Source: Nitrospira japonica (lineage in GTDB: Bacteria > Nitrospirota > Thermodesulfovibrionia > Thermodesulfovibrionales > SM23-35). Taken from it: a DNA stretch of 64,000 nucleotides. Location: positions 63,493 to 127,492 of the forward strand of contig DYFC01000032.1 of the NCBI GenBank assembly GCA_020725385.1. The letters are read 5' to 3'. The notes beneath the pieces were generated by a model that was given only the letters and a program-made list of their open reading frames with translations, ran no database searches and was not told where the DNA came from. The position numbers and the translations under genes were made by a program. How positions within the stretch are numbered: position 1 is the stretch's first letter; the number at the start of each line of letters is the position of its first letter. This document shows positions 1 to 10,306 of this stretch, one piece after another.

Positions 1-372
1 TAAAAATGCTCTTTTTGTAAATTCCCCGGGTTCAGCGAGTCTTGCACCTGATTGAAGTACAAGATTAAGAATTCTTTTTAAGGTAATCATGCCACTATGG
101 CAATTTATTTCAACAACATCTTCTTTTGTATAAGAATAAGGAGCTTTCATTAAGGTTATCAGGACCTCATCAATTTTTCTTTGAGAAGAAGGGTCAATTA
201 TAAAACCATAAATTATTCTACGGGATTTTAAACCGGAAAGGGTTTTGTTTTTAGGTGATAGGAATATTTTTTCAACGATACTTACAGCATTGCTTCCGCT
301 TAACCTTATTATACCAATTCCACCTTCTCCAAGAGGGGTGGAAATAGCAGCTATTGTATCTTCATCAAACAT
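1..372 (-). CDS. mnmE: tRNA modification GTPase MnmE/TrmE, 5' part (runs off the window)
   Basis: Not in the ORF track. Manual translation from ATG at 372 gives [26 protein letters not shown], the typical MnmE N-terminus. It lies downstream of yidC. Confidence 0.93.
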   Translation of the reverse strand, partial: MFDEDTIAAISTPLGEGGIGIIRLSGSNAVSIVEKIFLSPKNKTLSGLKSRRIIYGFIIDPSSQRKIDEVLITLMKAPYSYTKEDVVEINCHSGMITLKRILNLVLQSGARLAEPGEFTKRAFL

Positions 373-405
373 CAATATTTAGTATATATCAAAATGATAT
401 GAGTA

Positions 406-1998
406 TTAAGATGAGGATTCTTTTGCCATTTTCTGATTAACATATACTTGCTGTGCGATGCCAAAAATATTGTTGACGAGCCAGTACAACACAAGACCGG
501 ATGCAAAATTAAGGAAGAGAAAAGTGAAAATAACAGGCATAAACAGCATCAATCTGTTTTGCATAGGATCCATACTTGTAGGGGTCATCTTCTGTTGTAT
601 GAGCATGGTTGCTCCCATAAGGATTGGAAGCGGTCCAACAGCAAATCCGCCTATTAATGGAAGCCACGCAGGAAGATGGCCGAATAAAGTATCCGGAGCA
701 GAGAGGTCTTTAATCCAGAAAATAAAAGGAGCGCCTCTTAATTCAATTGAAATGAGTAGTATTTTATAAAGAGCAAAAAATACAGGGATTTGAAGCAAAA
801 TCGGCAGACAACCACCGAGCGGATTAACTTTGTGTGTTTTATAAATTTCCATCATCTCACGCTGCATTCTCTGCGGGTCTTTTTTGTATTTTTCACGAAT
901 TTCAGCCATTCTCGGTTGAATTTCCTGAAGCTTTTTCATTGATTTCTGGCTTTTGTTAATTAAAGGTATAAATGGAATTCTCACAATAATTGTGAGTAAC
1001 ACAATGGCCCATCCATAATTACCACCTATTTTATAAAGCATTTTTAATACCCAGAAAAGTGGAACAGCAAGGATTGAAAAGAACCCGAAATCAATAATGT
1101 GTTCGAGACCTCTGTTTAAGGCTTTAAGTGTATCGTATTCTTTAGGACCGGCATAAAGCATGAAATTATTTGTTCCTGCTTTTCCTTTAAGCGCAATTAC
1201 CGGGGAATCTTTTGCTTTCCAGACTTTTACTTCATCCATTGGATTAAGCGGTACAATCGATGCAAAAAAATATTTATCTTCCTGTGCAATCCACTTAATC
1301 TGACCTTTAAAAGTTTTTGGTTCATTTAAGTTTTTTAATGAAAATTCAAGTCTGTCAGTATCATCTTTTAAAAGAACAGGTCCAAAATGGGTAGAAGCAT
1401 CTGTTTTATCGTGGATTCCAAAATCAGTTCCAACAGTAATCCAGTATTCAGATGGCCCGGAAAGGTCATCTTTAACATCAATTTTGTAACTATCATTATA
1501 AAAAGTAAATGTTCTTCTCACACTAAAACCTGAAGAAGCGTATTCAAAAGTTAATGAATCGGATTTCTTGTTATTGTCAAGTTTTATATTTTTACCCGTT
1601 GAACTGAAGAAAATATTTGAGAGTTCGAATTCTTCCTTTGAACCAATTCCAAGGGCAGGAATTTCGCCTGTTGATTTTAATAAAACAACGTTATTGCCTT
1701 TATTGTCTTTGTATTTTTTAAGTTCAAAATGTTTAATGGTAGCTCCTTTATTAGAAAATACCGCTGAATATAGATCAGTTTCTACTTTAATTTCTTTTTC
1801 TTCGGAAGGAATATTTTTTGGTTGTATTTCCAATAAAGTTTTTGGTTGAACCTCTGGAGTTGACTCTACAGGTTTTTGTTCGCTGGTTGAAGGTTTTTGA
1901 ACCTGCTGCGGCTGTGGTTCTGGTTTAACGAAAAAGTATTGATATGCAAAAAGTATTAAAAAAGAAAGCGCAACAGCTATTAATGCTCTTTTTTCCAT
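406..1998 (-). CDS. yidC: Membrane protein insertase YidC
   Basis: N-terminal TM, large periplasmic domain, YAGPK, IDFG, NYGWAIVLLT, NPLGGCLP and GLVLYW motifs; rpmH-rnpA-yidD-yidC synteny. Confidence 0.97.
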   Translation of the reverse strand: MEKRALIAVALSFLILFAYQYFFVKPEPQPQQVQKPSTSEQKPVESTPEVQPKTLLEIQPKNIPSEEKEIKVETDLYSAVFSNKGATIKHFELKKYKDNKGNNVVLLKSTGEIPALGIGSKEEFELSNIFFSSTGKNIKLDNNKKSDSLTFEYASSGFSVRRTFTFYNDSYKIDVKDDLSGPSEYWITVGTDFGIHDKTDASTHFGPVLLKDDTDRLEFSLKNLNEPKTFKGQIKWIAQEDKYFFASIVPLNPMDEVKVWKAKDSPVIALKGKAGTNNFMLYAGPKEYDTLKALNRGLEHIIDFGFFSILAVPLFWVLKMLYKIGGNYGWAIVLLTIIVRIPFIPLINKSQKSMKKLQEIQPRMAEIREKYKKDPQRMQREMMEIYKTHKVNPLGGCLPILLQIPVFFALYKILLISIELRGAPFIFWIKDLSAPDTLFGHLPAWLPLIGGFAVGPLPILMGATMLIQQKMTPTSMDPMQNRLMLFMPVIFTFLFLNFASGLVLYWLVNNIFGIAQQVYVNQKMAKESSS

Positions 1999-2001
1999 AG
2001 T

Positions 2002-2211
2002 TTATTTAACAGGGTCATACCCGCCGGGATGGAACGGGTGACACCTTAATATCCTCCTCAGAGATAGAAAAATTCCTTTAAAAGCTCCATACTTCCGAAT
2101 AGCCTCTATAGAATATTGCGAGCACGAAGGAAAAAAACGACAGCTTGAAGGAAAAATCGGAGATATACAATATCTATAACATTTAATCAGCAGTATTAAA
2201 AATGCCTTCAT
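2002..2211 (-). CDS. yidD: Membrane protein insertion efficiency factor YidD
   Basis: [10 protein letters not shown]...[16 protein letters not shown] signature. Confidence 0.95.
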   Translation of the reverse strand: MKAFLILLIKCYRYCISPIFPSSCRFFPSCSQYSIEAIRKYGAFKGIFLSLRRILRCHPFHPGGYDPVK

Positions 2212-2542
2212 CTTTAAACCTTAACAGAGCCATCTTAATGTCATTAATAAAATCATTGAGTGTGCCTTCCGGAGCTAATTTCCGGGCGACAATAACAATA
2301 TCACATGGCACCGGAATTTCTTTTGTCAAAGCTCTCAGGGATTCCCTCAGAAGGCGCTTTAATCTGTTTCTTACAACTGCTTTGCCGATTTTTTTCCCAA
2401 CAGCAAGTCCCAAACGGCTAAAATTCAGGCTATTCGGCATCGCATAAATTACGAGATATTTTGAACTTTGATTTTTGCCTTTCTTAAATACTAAATCAAA
2501 GTCCCGTCTTTTCGTTAAGGTTCTTAATGACTGCTGATTCAT
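2183..2542 (-). CDS. rnpA: Ribonuclease P protein component
   Basis: [25 protein letters not shown] (RNR motif); synteny. Confidence 0.96.
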   Translation of the reverse strand: MNQQSLRTLTKRRDFDLVFKKGKNQSSKYLVIYAMPNSLNFSRLGLAVGKKIGKAVVRNRLKRLLRESLRALTKEIPVPCDIVIVARKLAPEGTLNDFINDIKMALLRFKDEGIFNTAD

Positions 2543-2682
2543 CAGACAGTCAGTCTCTTGCGTCCTTTGTCCCTTCTTCTTTTGAGAACCTTGCGACCGC
2601 CTGAAGAGCTCATTCTCTCCAAAAAGCCGTGTGTCTTTTTCCTTTTACGGTTATGTGGATGATATGTTGTATATGTTGCCAT
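2542..2682 (-). CDS. rpmH: 50S ribosomal protein L34
   Basis: Not in the ORF track (46 aa). Manual translation [46 protein letters not shown]; its stop overlaps the rnpA start. Confidence 0.95.
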   Translation of the reverse strand: MATYTTYHPHNRKRKKTHGFLERMSSSGGRKVLKRRRDKGRKRLTV

Positions 2683-2710
2683 AATTCAGAATTAATATTT
2701 TAGTTTTTTC

Positions 2711-2739
2711 TTGAAAATAAAGTCAAGGTTGTTTAAGAT
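2711..2739 (+). promoter_or_regulatory. Putative sigma70 promoter of queF (probably leaderless mRNA)
   Basis: TTGAAA(2711-2716)-17 bp-TAAGAT(2734-2739); ATG at 2746 with no SD. Confidence 0.5.
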
Positions 2740-2745
2740 GATTAT

Positions 2746-3123
2746 ATGAAATATGGTGAAAAGGCGATTAAAAAAGCTGAACTTGAAATATGGAATAATC
2801 CTGAACCCGAACGCGATTATGAAATAAATATTTCTTTTTCTGAATTTACCTGTCTTTGTCCACGTTCAGGTTATCCTGATTTTGCAACAATAAAAATCAC
2901 TTATATTCCTGACAAAAAGATTGTAGAGTTGAAATCACTAAAACTCTATCTTAATTCGTATCGTGATATTCATATATCTCATGAGGAAGTTACCAATAGA
3001 ATTTACACTGAATTAGAGAAGAAACTCAAACCAAGATTTCTTGAAGTTATAGGAGATTTTAACCCGAGGGGTAATGTAAAGACTATCGTGAAAGTATGTT
3101 CGGATTTAAAAAGACTTAAATGA
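2746..3123 (+). CDS. queF: NADPH-dependent 7-cyano-7-deazaguanine (preQ0) reductase, unimodular
   Basis: [27 protein letters not shown] and FNPRG motifs. Confidence 0.95.
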   Translation: MKYGEKAIKKAELEIWNNPEPERDYEINISFSEFTCLCPRSGYPDFATIKITYIPDKKIVELKSLKLYLNSYRDIHISHEEVTNRIYTELEKKLKPRFLEVIGDFNPRGNVKTIVKVCSDLKRLK

Positions 3124-3124
3124 A

Positions 3125-3742
3125 CTATGCAGCTTTTGCTCTTTCAATGAATAATTTTAGTTTCTTTAAATCTTTCTTGCCTTTTTCAGCTTCAACACCA
3201 CCACTTACATCAACGCCATAAGGTCTTACATGTCTAACTGCTTCGGAAATATTTTCAGGAGTCAAACCTCCTGCAAGGATAATATTTCCAAATTTTTTTG
3301 CTTCAACAGCTATATCCCAGTTGAAAATCTTGCCTGTACCGCCAAGTGAATCCGGTGAATATGCATCAAGCAAGAAAGCAGAAACATTGTCTTTATAATT
3401 AATTAGAGGTTCGAGACTCTGAAGGGATTTAATTCTAATGACTTTTACTATTTGCCTTGAAAAAGTGCTCAGTTTTGCAATTTCCTGTTCATAAATCTGT
3501 ACAGCATCTATCCTGACACTTGATACAACTTCTTCAATCTGCGCCGGGCTCTGGTCAACAAAAACACCAATTGTAGTTACAAAAGGAGGAAGTTTTTTAA
3601 TAATTAATTCAGCATCTTTATAGGAAATCCAGCGGGGGCTCTTTTCGAAGAACACAAAACCAATTGCATCAGCTCCGGAATCTATTGCTGCAAGGGCATC
3701 ATCAAGATTAGTAATGCCGCATATTTTAACTCTTACTGCCAC
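3125..3742 (-). CDS. trpF: Phosphoribosylanthranilate isomerase
   Basis: VKICGIT, GGTG, LAGGLTPEN and GVDVSGGVE motifs. Confidence 0.96.
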   Translation of the reverse strand: MAVRVKICGITNLDDALAAIDSGADAIGFVFFEKSPRWISYKDAELIIKKLPPFVTTIGVFVDQSPAQIEEVVSSVRIDAVQIYEQEIAKLSTFSRQIVKVIRIKSLQSLEPLINYKDNVSAFLLDAYSPDSLGGTGKIFNWDIAVEAKKFGNIILAGGLTPENISEAVRHVRPYGVDVSGGVEAEKGKKDLKKLKLFIERAKAA

Positions 3743-3753
3743 GTATTATTTTA

Positions 3754-4539
3754 TCATAATCTCCCTTTTAGCTCATCAATTTTTTTACCAATATCGGGGG
3801 ATTCCATAAATGCTGTGCCAATAAGCATTGCATCTATGCCATATTCCTGAAGCCTCTCTACATCCCTGTAATTTTTTATACCGCTTTCACTCACAACAAT
3901 TCTCTCAGGCGGGATTTCTTTTTTCAGTTCAAAAGTTGTATTAATATCTATTTGTAAAGTCTTCAGATTTCTGTTATTAATTCCAATAATCTGGCAATCG
4001 ATATGAAGGGCAACCTCGAGTTCCTTAAAATCATGCACTTCAAATAGAACCGATAGCCCGAGTTCTTTTGAAAGATGAATGTATTCGGAAGCCTGACTTT
4101 TTTCGAGTAGTCCGGCTATAAGTAATATTGCATCAGCCTGATATGCCCTTGCTTCATATATCTGATATTCATCAAAGATAAAATCCTTTCTTAAAACAGG
4201 CCTTGTTAAAATATTTTTAACTTCAGGAATAAATAATAAGTTTCCCTGAAAATAATCTTCTTCAGTAAGCACGGAAACTGCATCAACGGCTTTTTCTTCA
4301 TAGATTTCTGCTATCTTCAGAGGATCAAAATCTTTCCGTATAATCCCTTTCGACGGGGAAGCCTTTTTTATCTCTGCGATAAGTTTTATATTATCCGAAT
4401 TTCGTTTAATTGTACTACTAAAGTCCAGAGGATTCTTAATATCAGCTATTTTTTCTTTCAGGTGGTAAAGAGGTGTTTTGTATTTTGTCTGTATAAGCCT
4501 TTCCTTTTTTCTATCGACAATTGTTTTTAAAATAGACAT
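3754..4539 (-). CDS. trpC: Indole-3-glycerol phosphate synthase
   Basis: IAEIKKASPSKG, LRKDF, GINNRNL and VSESGI motifs. Confidence 0.96.
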   Translation of the reverse strand: MSILKTIVDRKKERLIQTKYKTPLYHLKEKIADIKNPLDFSSTIKRNSDNIKLIAEIKKASPSKGIIRKDFDPLKIAEIYEEKAVDAVSVLTEEDYFQGNLLFIPEVKNILTRPVLRKDFIFDEYQIYEARAYQADAILLIAGLLEKSQASEYIHLSKELGLSVLFEVHDFKELEVALHIDCQIIGINNRNLKTLQIDINTTFELKKEIPPERIVVSESGIKNYRDVERLQEYGIDAMLIGTAFMESPDIGKKIDELKGRL

Positions 4540-4596
4540 AGAAAATTTTAAAGCTTATACATTTGCTTTTTCAAGCTATCCATATCGAATCTTCGA

Positions 4597-6261
4597 TTAT
4601 TTTGACCATGATAATGAGTTATTTATATAATATGACAATTCTGAATAAACCATCTCGATTACCGAATCCCAGTCACCGGGTTTAGGCTGGCGAAACAACT
4701 TCATCGTTGGGTACCACGGACTATCATCTCTATTAATCATCCATCTCCAATCAGATGAAAATGGCAATAATGTCCAGACTTTTTTGCCTAAAGCACCTGC
4801 AAGATGCACTATTACTGTATCCACCGATATGACAAGATCGAGATTTTCAATTAAAGCTGCTGTATCTGAAAAATCTTTTATGTCTTCCGTTAAATCAATA
4901 ATATTAATTCCTTCCGGTTTCTCAATTTTTTTCAAAGAAGACGCGCCTACCTGTAGGCTATAAAATTCAACATTCTTTAACTTGAATAAAGGCAAAAATT
5001 TTTCTAAAGGGCATGACCTATTTTTATCATTTTCGTGCTCCGGATTCCCTGCCCATGTTAAACCAACTTTGAAATGCTTTTCTGAATTTAATTTATTCCT
5101 CCAATAGTTGATAAGAACTTGAGCAACTGATATGTAAGGAACATCCGATGGTATATTATTTAAATCTGTTCTAAAAATCAAAGGCAATTTACTAAGAGTG
5201 CAATGAAAATCAAATTCAGGTAATTGTTCTTTATAACTATAAACCCCGGCGATCCCCTTAACATTTTCCATTATTGATTTAAGAGATTCAGAACATAAAA
5301 GGACTATTTTTACACCTTTGTTAGCAACTATATTACAATATCTAACAAATTGTATCGTGTCACCGAACCCCTGTTCTTCGTAAAGCAATAAACAACAATC
5401 ATTTATAGTTCCTTCCCATTCCGGTTCTTTAAATTCGAAAGAGTGATTTTTTAATTTTGTTCTCCATTGATACTCTATCCATCCTTCTTCAAAATTACCA
5501 ATACTTAAAAGTGCAAATGCAAGATCAAAATGTATTTCTGCTAAATTGTAATTCAAAGATATGGCTTTTTTATAATATTTTATGGCTTCTTCAATTAGTC
5601 CCTTATTATGGAGCAATATGCCGATATTATGATATAAATCTATATTTGCCGGTTCTAATTGTAATGCTTTTTTATAAAGTATTATAGCTTCGTCATTCTG
5701 TTCTCTTTCTTTAAGAATATTTGCAAGGTTATAATATGCTGCTGTGAATCTCGGATTCAATTTAATAGCATTGCGATAAGATATTATGGCTTCCTCTATA
5801 AACCCCATATCATAAAATGCATTTCCAAGATTGAAGTGCACATTAAAAAGGTTTGGATTTATCTGAATCGCTTTTTGGTAACATTTAATTGCATCATTAA
5901 GCCGGCCTATTTCTTGATATAAAACACCGAGGTTATAAAAGGCGTCAACAAAATCAGGGTAATAATTGATAGCTTTCTGGTAGCAATCTATTGCTTCATT
6001 GTAGCATTTGTTATCACGATAAATATTTGCAAGGTTATAAAAAGCATGGTAATTTGAAGGGTTAATATTGATAGTTTTTTTAATAAGCCTAACAGCGGAG
6101 TCGAAATCGCCCCTTGCTGCGTAAATGAGTCCTAACATATGAAGTATATCAACATTGTCAGGTTGTTTTTTTAGTATTCTTTTATAGAGAATTTCAGCCT
6201 GCGAGAGATCTCCGTTTCGATGGTACTCTAAAGCTGTATAAATCATTCTATTTATGTTCAT
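4597..6261 (-). CDS. TPR-repeat protein with C-terminal glycosyltransferase (GT9-like) domain
   Basis: About 7 TPR units (AFYNLAN, AFYNLG, VHFNLGN), then EQGFGDTIQF, VGLTWAGNP, LDLVISVDT..HLAGALG, DWRW, SPWYP and LFRQ. Confidence 0.85.
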   Translation of the reverse strand: MNINRMIYTALEYHRNGDLSQAEILYKRILKKQPDNVDILHMLGLIYAARGDFDSAVRLIKKTININPSNYHAFYNLANIYRDNKCYNEAIDCYQKAINYYPDFVDAFYNLGVLYQEIGRLNDAIKCYQKAIQINPNLFNVHFNLGNAFYDMGFIEEAIISYRNAIKLNPRFTAAYYNLANILKEREQNDEAIILYKKALQLEPANIDLYHNIGILLHNKGLIEEAIKYYKKAISLNYNLAEIHFDLAFALLSIGNFEEGWIEYQWRTKLKNHSFEFKEPEWEGTINDCCLLLYEEQGFGDTIQFVRYCNIVANKGVKIVLLCSESLKSIMENVKGIAGVYSYKEQLPEFDFHCTLSKLPLIFRTDLNNIPSDVPYISVAQVLINYWRNKLNSEKHFKVGLTWAGNPEHENDKNRSCPLEKFLPLFKLKNVEFYSLQVGASSLKKIEKPEGINIIDLTEDIKDFSDTAALIENLDLVISVDTVIVHLAGALGKKVWTLLPFSSDWRWMINRDDSPWYPTMKLFRQPKPGDWDSVIEMVYSELSYYINNSLSWSK

Positions 6262-6370
6262 GGTTTTGAATTATTATATAACAGGTTGTTATATTCTTTT
6301 AACCCGGATAATACAGATATTGACCCAAAAAACGTGAAGTATAAAAGGCAAATTGTAAACAGTCAGTTTA

Positions 6371-6402
6371 TCATTCTCGGTCTGGCTTGCCCCGGGAATC
6401 TA
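6371..6402 (+). repeat. Degenerate copy of the TCATTC...GGGAATC REP-like hairpin
   Basis: TCATTCTCGGTCTGGCTTGCCCCGGGAATCTA resembles the GTCATTCCC-N-GGGAATCCA units at 22917 and 45359. Confidence 0.4.
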
Positions 6403-6550
6403 TAAAACTCAAAATCGGACCTGGGTGATTAAAAAGAAAAATGGAAAATTTTTGCTAAAAGAAAGAGAAATATTTGATAATATAAACATTATGATTCTAA
6501 ACGCTTTAATCGCATATTTAGAGTAAAATGAGCTATTAAGGAAGGATTAG

Positions 6551-9034
6551 ATGCAAAACAAAAAGGAAAATCCAGAATCACCGGATAAGTATAAAGCAAA
6601 TTTTAATGAAAAGACAGATGTACAGGCGATTAAACAATCAATTTTAAATAATCTTTTTTATAATCTCGCAAGACTCCCGCATTCTGCTACTGTTAATGAC
6701 TGGTATCTTGCTGTCTCTTATACAATCAGAGACATGATGGTTAAAAGGTGGGTTAATTCAGTTCAGGAATTTACTGAAGATGTAAAGGTTGTTGTTTTGT
6801 TATCCGATGAATTTCTTTTAGGTCCACAGCTTGAAATGAATATAATTAATCTTGATGTTTATTCAGAAATATCTCAAGCGGTTCTGGAATTAGGACTCAA
6901 TCTGAATGAAATTACAATGGCAGAGATTGAACCGGGTCTCGGATCTGGAAGAACCGGAAGTTTTGCAGCTTCCTCTTGTGATTCACTCGCTACACTCGGG
7001 ATTCCTGCTATAGGATACGGTATCAGGTATGAATTTGGACAATTTGAACAGGATTTTCAAGACGGGTGGCAGATTGAAAAAACAGGCAAATGGCTTGCTT
7101 CGGGAAATCCCTGGGAGATTTTGAGGAGCGATATTTCTTATACAGTAAAACTTGGTGGTAGCACGGAATCATATTATGATAAACATAATAATTTCAAAGT
7201 TAAATGGACGCCGAAATTTGCTATAAAAGGAATCGCTTATGATGTTCCTGTCACAGGTTATAAGACCGATAAAATAAATTTACTTCGTCTCTGGAAGGCC
7301 GAAGCTATTGAATCTTTTGATTATGATGCTTTCAATATAGGGGATTACCTAAGCCGTTTGAATGAAAAAATTGCCTCTGAATCAATAGGAAAAATTCTTT
7401 ATCCCGATGATGAGCCATATCTCGGAAAGCACCTTAGATTGTCCCAGCAATACTTTTTCGTCTCCTGTAGCCTTCAGGATTTGATCCGCCTCCATCTTTT
7501 GCGGTGGAAAAACATACATTCATTCTCTGACTCGTTTGCGATTCAGTTGAATAGTGCAAATCCGGCAATAGCAGTTGCAGAATTAATGAGACTCTTAATT
7601 GATGAACACGGGGTTGATTGGGATAAAGCATGGTATATTACACAGAATAGTTTTTCATATACCAATTATGCTGTTGTTCAGGAGGCTCTTAAAAAGTGGC
7701 CGTTGCCTGTGTTTGCAAGCATCCTTCCAAGACATCTTGAAATTATTTATGAAATAAACAAAAGGTTTTTAGATGAGATATGGCTGAAATATCCGAATAA
7801 CAATGAAAAACTCTCAAGTCTTTCAATAATTGATGAAAGTGACCAGAAATATGTGAAAATGGCACATCTTGCTTCTCTTGGCAGTCATATTATTTGTGGC
7901 ATCTCGGAAAATCACACTAAATTACTAAAAGAAACACTTATCCCAGATATTTATGAACTCTACCCCGAGAGGTTTCGCAATATCACAGGTGGTGTCACAC
8001 ATAGAAGATGGTTGCTTTTAAGTAATCCAGAACTTGCCGGGCTTATTTCCAGGACAATTGGAGAGAAATGGATAAAAAACTTTGGTGAAATTAAACATCT
8101 TGAAGCTTTCTCAAATGACCCGGAACTTATAAAAAAATGGCAGGAAGTAAGATTCAGTAATAAAAATAAACTTGCGACTCTTATTAAACAACATAATGGC
8201 AATTTAATTGATAATTCAGCAATTTTTAATGTGCAGGCCGGTAAGATACATGAACAAAAAAGACAGCATTTGAATTTATTACATATAATAACTCTCTATA
8301 ACCGCATAAAGAAGAACCCGGGAATTGATTTAAATCCACGTGTCTTTATCTTCAGCGGAAAAGCAGCACCCGGATATTTCATTGCAAATCTTATTGTTAA
8401 ACTTATAAATTCTGTTGCTGAAATAATCAACAAAGACCTTGATGTTGCCGGAAGGCTTAAAGTTTTTTTCCTGCCGGATCTTAATGTTAAGAAAGCACAG
8501 ATAATTTTTCCAGCTACTGATATTGCGGTGCAGATCTCAACAGCAGGCAAGGAATCGTTTTCTTCGAGTCTAATTAAGTTCTTAATGAATGGTGCGCTGG
8601 CTATTAGCACATTTAATGGTGGAATAGATGAAATTTACAGAGAAATTGGAGATGATAATTTCTTTAGGTTTGGGTTAAGTCCACAACAGATAAGTGAAAA
8701 GAAAACCGGCGGATATAATCCAATGGAATACTATAATTCTAACTTCGAACTCAAAGAAGCAATAGATTTAATAAGTTCTGGATTCTTCTTCAAGAAAGAC
8801 CCGGCGCTTTTTAAACCATTAATTGACTCTTTGTTATGTAGGGATGAACAAATGGTACTTGCGGATTATCAATCATACATTGAGAGTCAGACACTTGTAG
8901 AGAAGATATTCAAAGACAAGAAAGCCTGGACAAAAAGGTCAATATTAACAGTAGCCGGAACAGGCTATTTTTCATCCGATCGTATGATTTCAGAGTACAA
9001 TAATTTAATCTGGTATGCATCAGCGAACCCTTAA
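6551..9034 (+). CDS. glgP: Glycogen/starch phosphorylase (GT35) homolog with degenerate catalytic motifs
   Basis: Full-length GT35 scaffold (GYGIRYEFG, LRLWKA, LRLSQQYFFVS, GKAAPGY, QISTAGKE, FSSDR), but many active-site motifs are altered (see findings). Confidence 0.85.
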   Translation: MQNKKENPESPDKYKANFNEKTDVQAIKQSILNNLFYNLARLPHSATVNDWYLAVSYTIRDMMVKRWVNSVQEFTEDVKVVVLLSDEFLLGPQLEMNIINLDVYSEISQAVLELGLNLNEITMAEIEPGLGSGRTGSFAASSCDSLATLGIPAIGYGIRYEFGQFEQDFQDGWQIEKTGKWLASGNPWEILRSDISYTVKLGGSTESYYDKHNNFKVKWTPKFAIKGIAYDVPVTGYKTDKINLLRLWKAEAIESFDYDAFNIGDYLSRLNEKIASESIGKILYPDDEPYLGKHLRLSQQYFFVSCSLQDLIRLHLLRWKNIHSFSDSFAIQLNSANPAIAVAELMRLLIDEHGVDWDKAWYITQNSFSYTNYAVVQEALKKWPLPVFASILPRHLEIIYEINKRFLDEIWLKYPNNNEKLSSLSIIDESDQKYVKMAHLASLGSHIICGISENHTKLLKETLIPDIYELYPERFRNITGGVTHRRWLLLSNPELAGLISRTIGEKWIKNFGEIKHLEAFSNDPELIKKWQEVRFSNKNKLATLIKQHNGNLIDNSAIFNVQAGKIHEQKRQHLNLLHIITLYNRIKKNPGIDLNPRVFIFSGKAAPGYFIANLIVKLINSVAEIINKDLDVAGRLKVFFLPDLNVKKAQIIFPATDIAVQISTAGKESFSSSLIKFLMNGALAISTFNGGIDEIYREIGDDNFFRFGLSPQQISEKKTGGYNPMEYYNSNFELKEAIDLISSGFFFKKDPALFKPLIDSLLCRDEQMVLADYQSYIESQTLVEKIFKDKKAWTKRSILTVAGTGYFSSDRMISEYNNLIWYASANP

Positions 9035-9057
9035 CCCTGTGTACCCGAATGTGGAGG

Positions 9058-9090
9058 GGGAGGGGCCTTTTAGGGGGAAAGGCCCCTCTC
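9058..9090. terminator. GC-rich hairpin between convergent glgP and ftsZ
   Basis: GAGGGGCCTTT(9060-9070) pairs with AAAGGCCCCTC(9078-9088); no strong U-tract. Confidence 0.55.
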
Positions 9091-9100
9091 TGGAGGGAAA

Positions 9101-10279
9101 TTATGCTTCCTGTTGGGGTTGGGGAGCTTTTCGCAAAAATGTCGGGACGTCAATATGATCGTCGTACGACATTATGTCAGACGTTTTTAAATCAATGCCG
9201 TATTTTGTTTTGAGATCCTTTGATAAAACCCTTTCAGAACCTCTCAAGCTAATCGTCTGTTTTACCGGCTGGGGTGCTGGAGTCCATTTCTTAACCTGCG
9301 GCAGGTCAACTTTTTCTTTCTGGTCATTGAATCCTGTTGCTATAACCGTTACCCTAACTTCATCTGTTATATCAGGATCAATAACTGCACCGAATATTAA
9401 ATGGACTTCTTCATGTGCGGAATCATAAATGTAAGAAACAGCTTCCTGCACATCATTAAGGGCAAGTTCCATTCCTCCTGTTATATTAACTAAAATTCCT
9501 TTTGCGCCTTCGATAGATGATTCTTCAAGTAATGGGTTTAATATGGCTTTTTTAGCTGCATCAAGTGCGCCTGTGTCTCCTCTGCCAACACCTGTTCCCA
9601 TTACACCTCTACCCTGATTCTGAATAATAGTTTTCACGTCTGCAAAGTCAACATTTATAAGACCGGGAATAAGAATAATATCAGAAATTCCCTGTACCGC
9701 TTGTTTTAAAACATCATTTGCTACAGCAAAGGATTTAAGCAAAGGAGTGCCTTTTTCAACTACAAGCCCTATTTTATCGTTTGGTATTACTATCAAAGTA
9801 TCGACGTATTTACGAAGTTCTTTAATGCCTTCCTCAGCATTGTTGTATCTGATTTTACCTTCATAGAAAAAAGGTCTTGTTATTACAGCGATAGTAATCG
9901 CACCAAGATCTCTTGCAATGCTTGCAATAACAGGACCCGCGCCTGTACCTGTCCCTCCTCCCATTCCTGCAGTAATGAAGACCATGTCAGAACCTTCAAG
10001 ATATTCGGCAATCAAACTGCTGTCTTCAAGTGCAGCTTCTCTGCCAATCTGGGGATTAGAGCCGGCGCCAAGACCTCTTGTAAGATTTGCTCCAATCTGA
10101 ACTTTTACGGGAGCAAGTGAGGTTTCAAGAGCCTGCATATCTGTATTTATTGCTATAAATTCAACTCCATGCAGGTTGCCTGCTATCATGTTATTAATAG
10201 CATTCCCTCCTGCTCCTCCAACACCTACTACTTTGATTTTTGCTGCCTGTCCTTTTGTTTCTTCAATTTCGAATATCAT
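9101..10279 (-). CDS. ftsZ: Cell division protein FtsZ
   Basis: [24 protein letters not shown] and C-terminal DVPTFLR. Confidence 0.99.
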   Translation of the reverse strand: MIFEIEETKGQAAKIKVVGVGGAGGNAINNMIAGNLHGVEFIAINTDMQALETSLAPVKVQIGANLTRGLGAGSNPQIGREAALEDSSLIAEYLEGSDMVFITAGMGGGTGTGAGPVIASIARDLGAITIAVITRPFFYEGKIRYNNAEEGIKELRKYVDTLIVIPNDKIGLVVEKGTPLLKSFAVANDVLKQAVQGISDIILIPGLINVDFADVKTIIQNQGRGVMGTGVGRGDTGALDAAKKAILNPLLEESSIEGAKGILVNITGGMELALNDVQEAVSYIYDSAHEEVHLIFGAVIDPDITDEVRVTVIATGFNDQKEKVDLPQVKKWTPAPQPVKQTISLRGSERVLSKDLKTKYGIDLKTSDIMSYDDHIDVPTFLRKAPQPQQEA

Positions 10280-10306
10280 CTTTCCCCTCCTTCTTTAAAT
10301 TTATTT

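Noticed and set aside
2640-2745. Possible oriC/DnaA boxes next to rpmH
   Set aside because: Only one mismatched box-like 9-mer, inside the rpmH coding sequence; no cluster and no dnaA.
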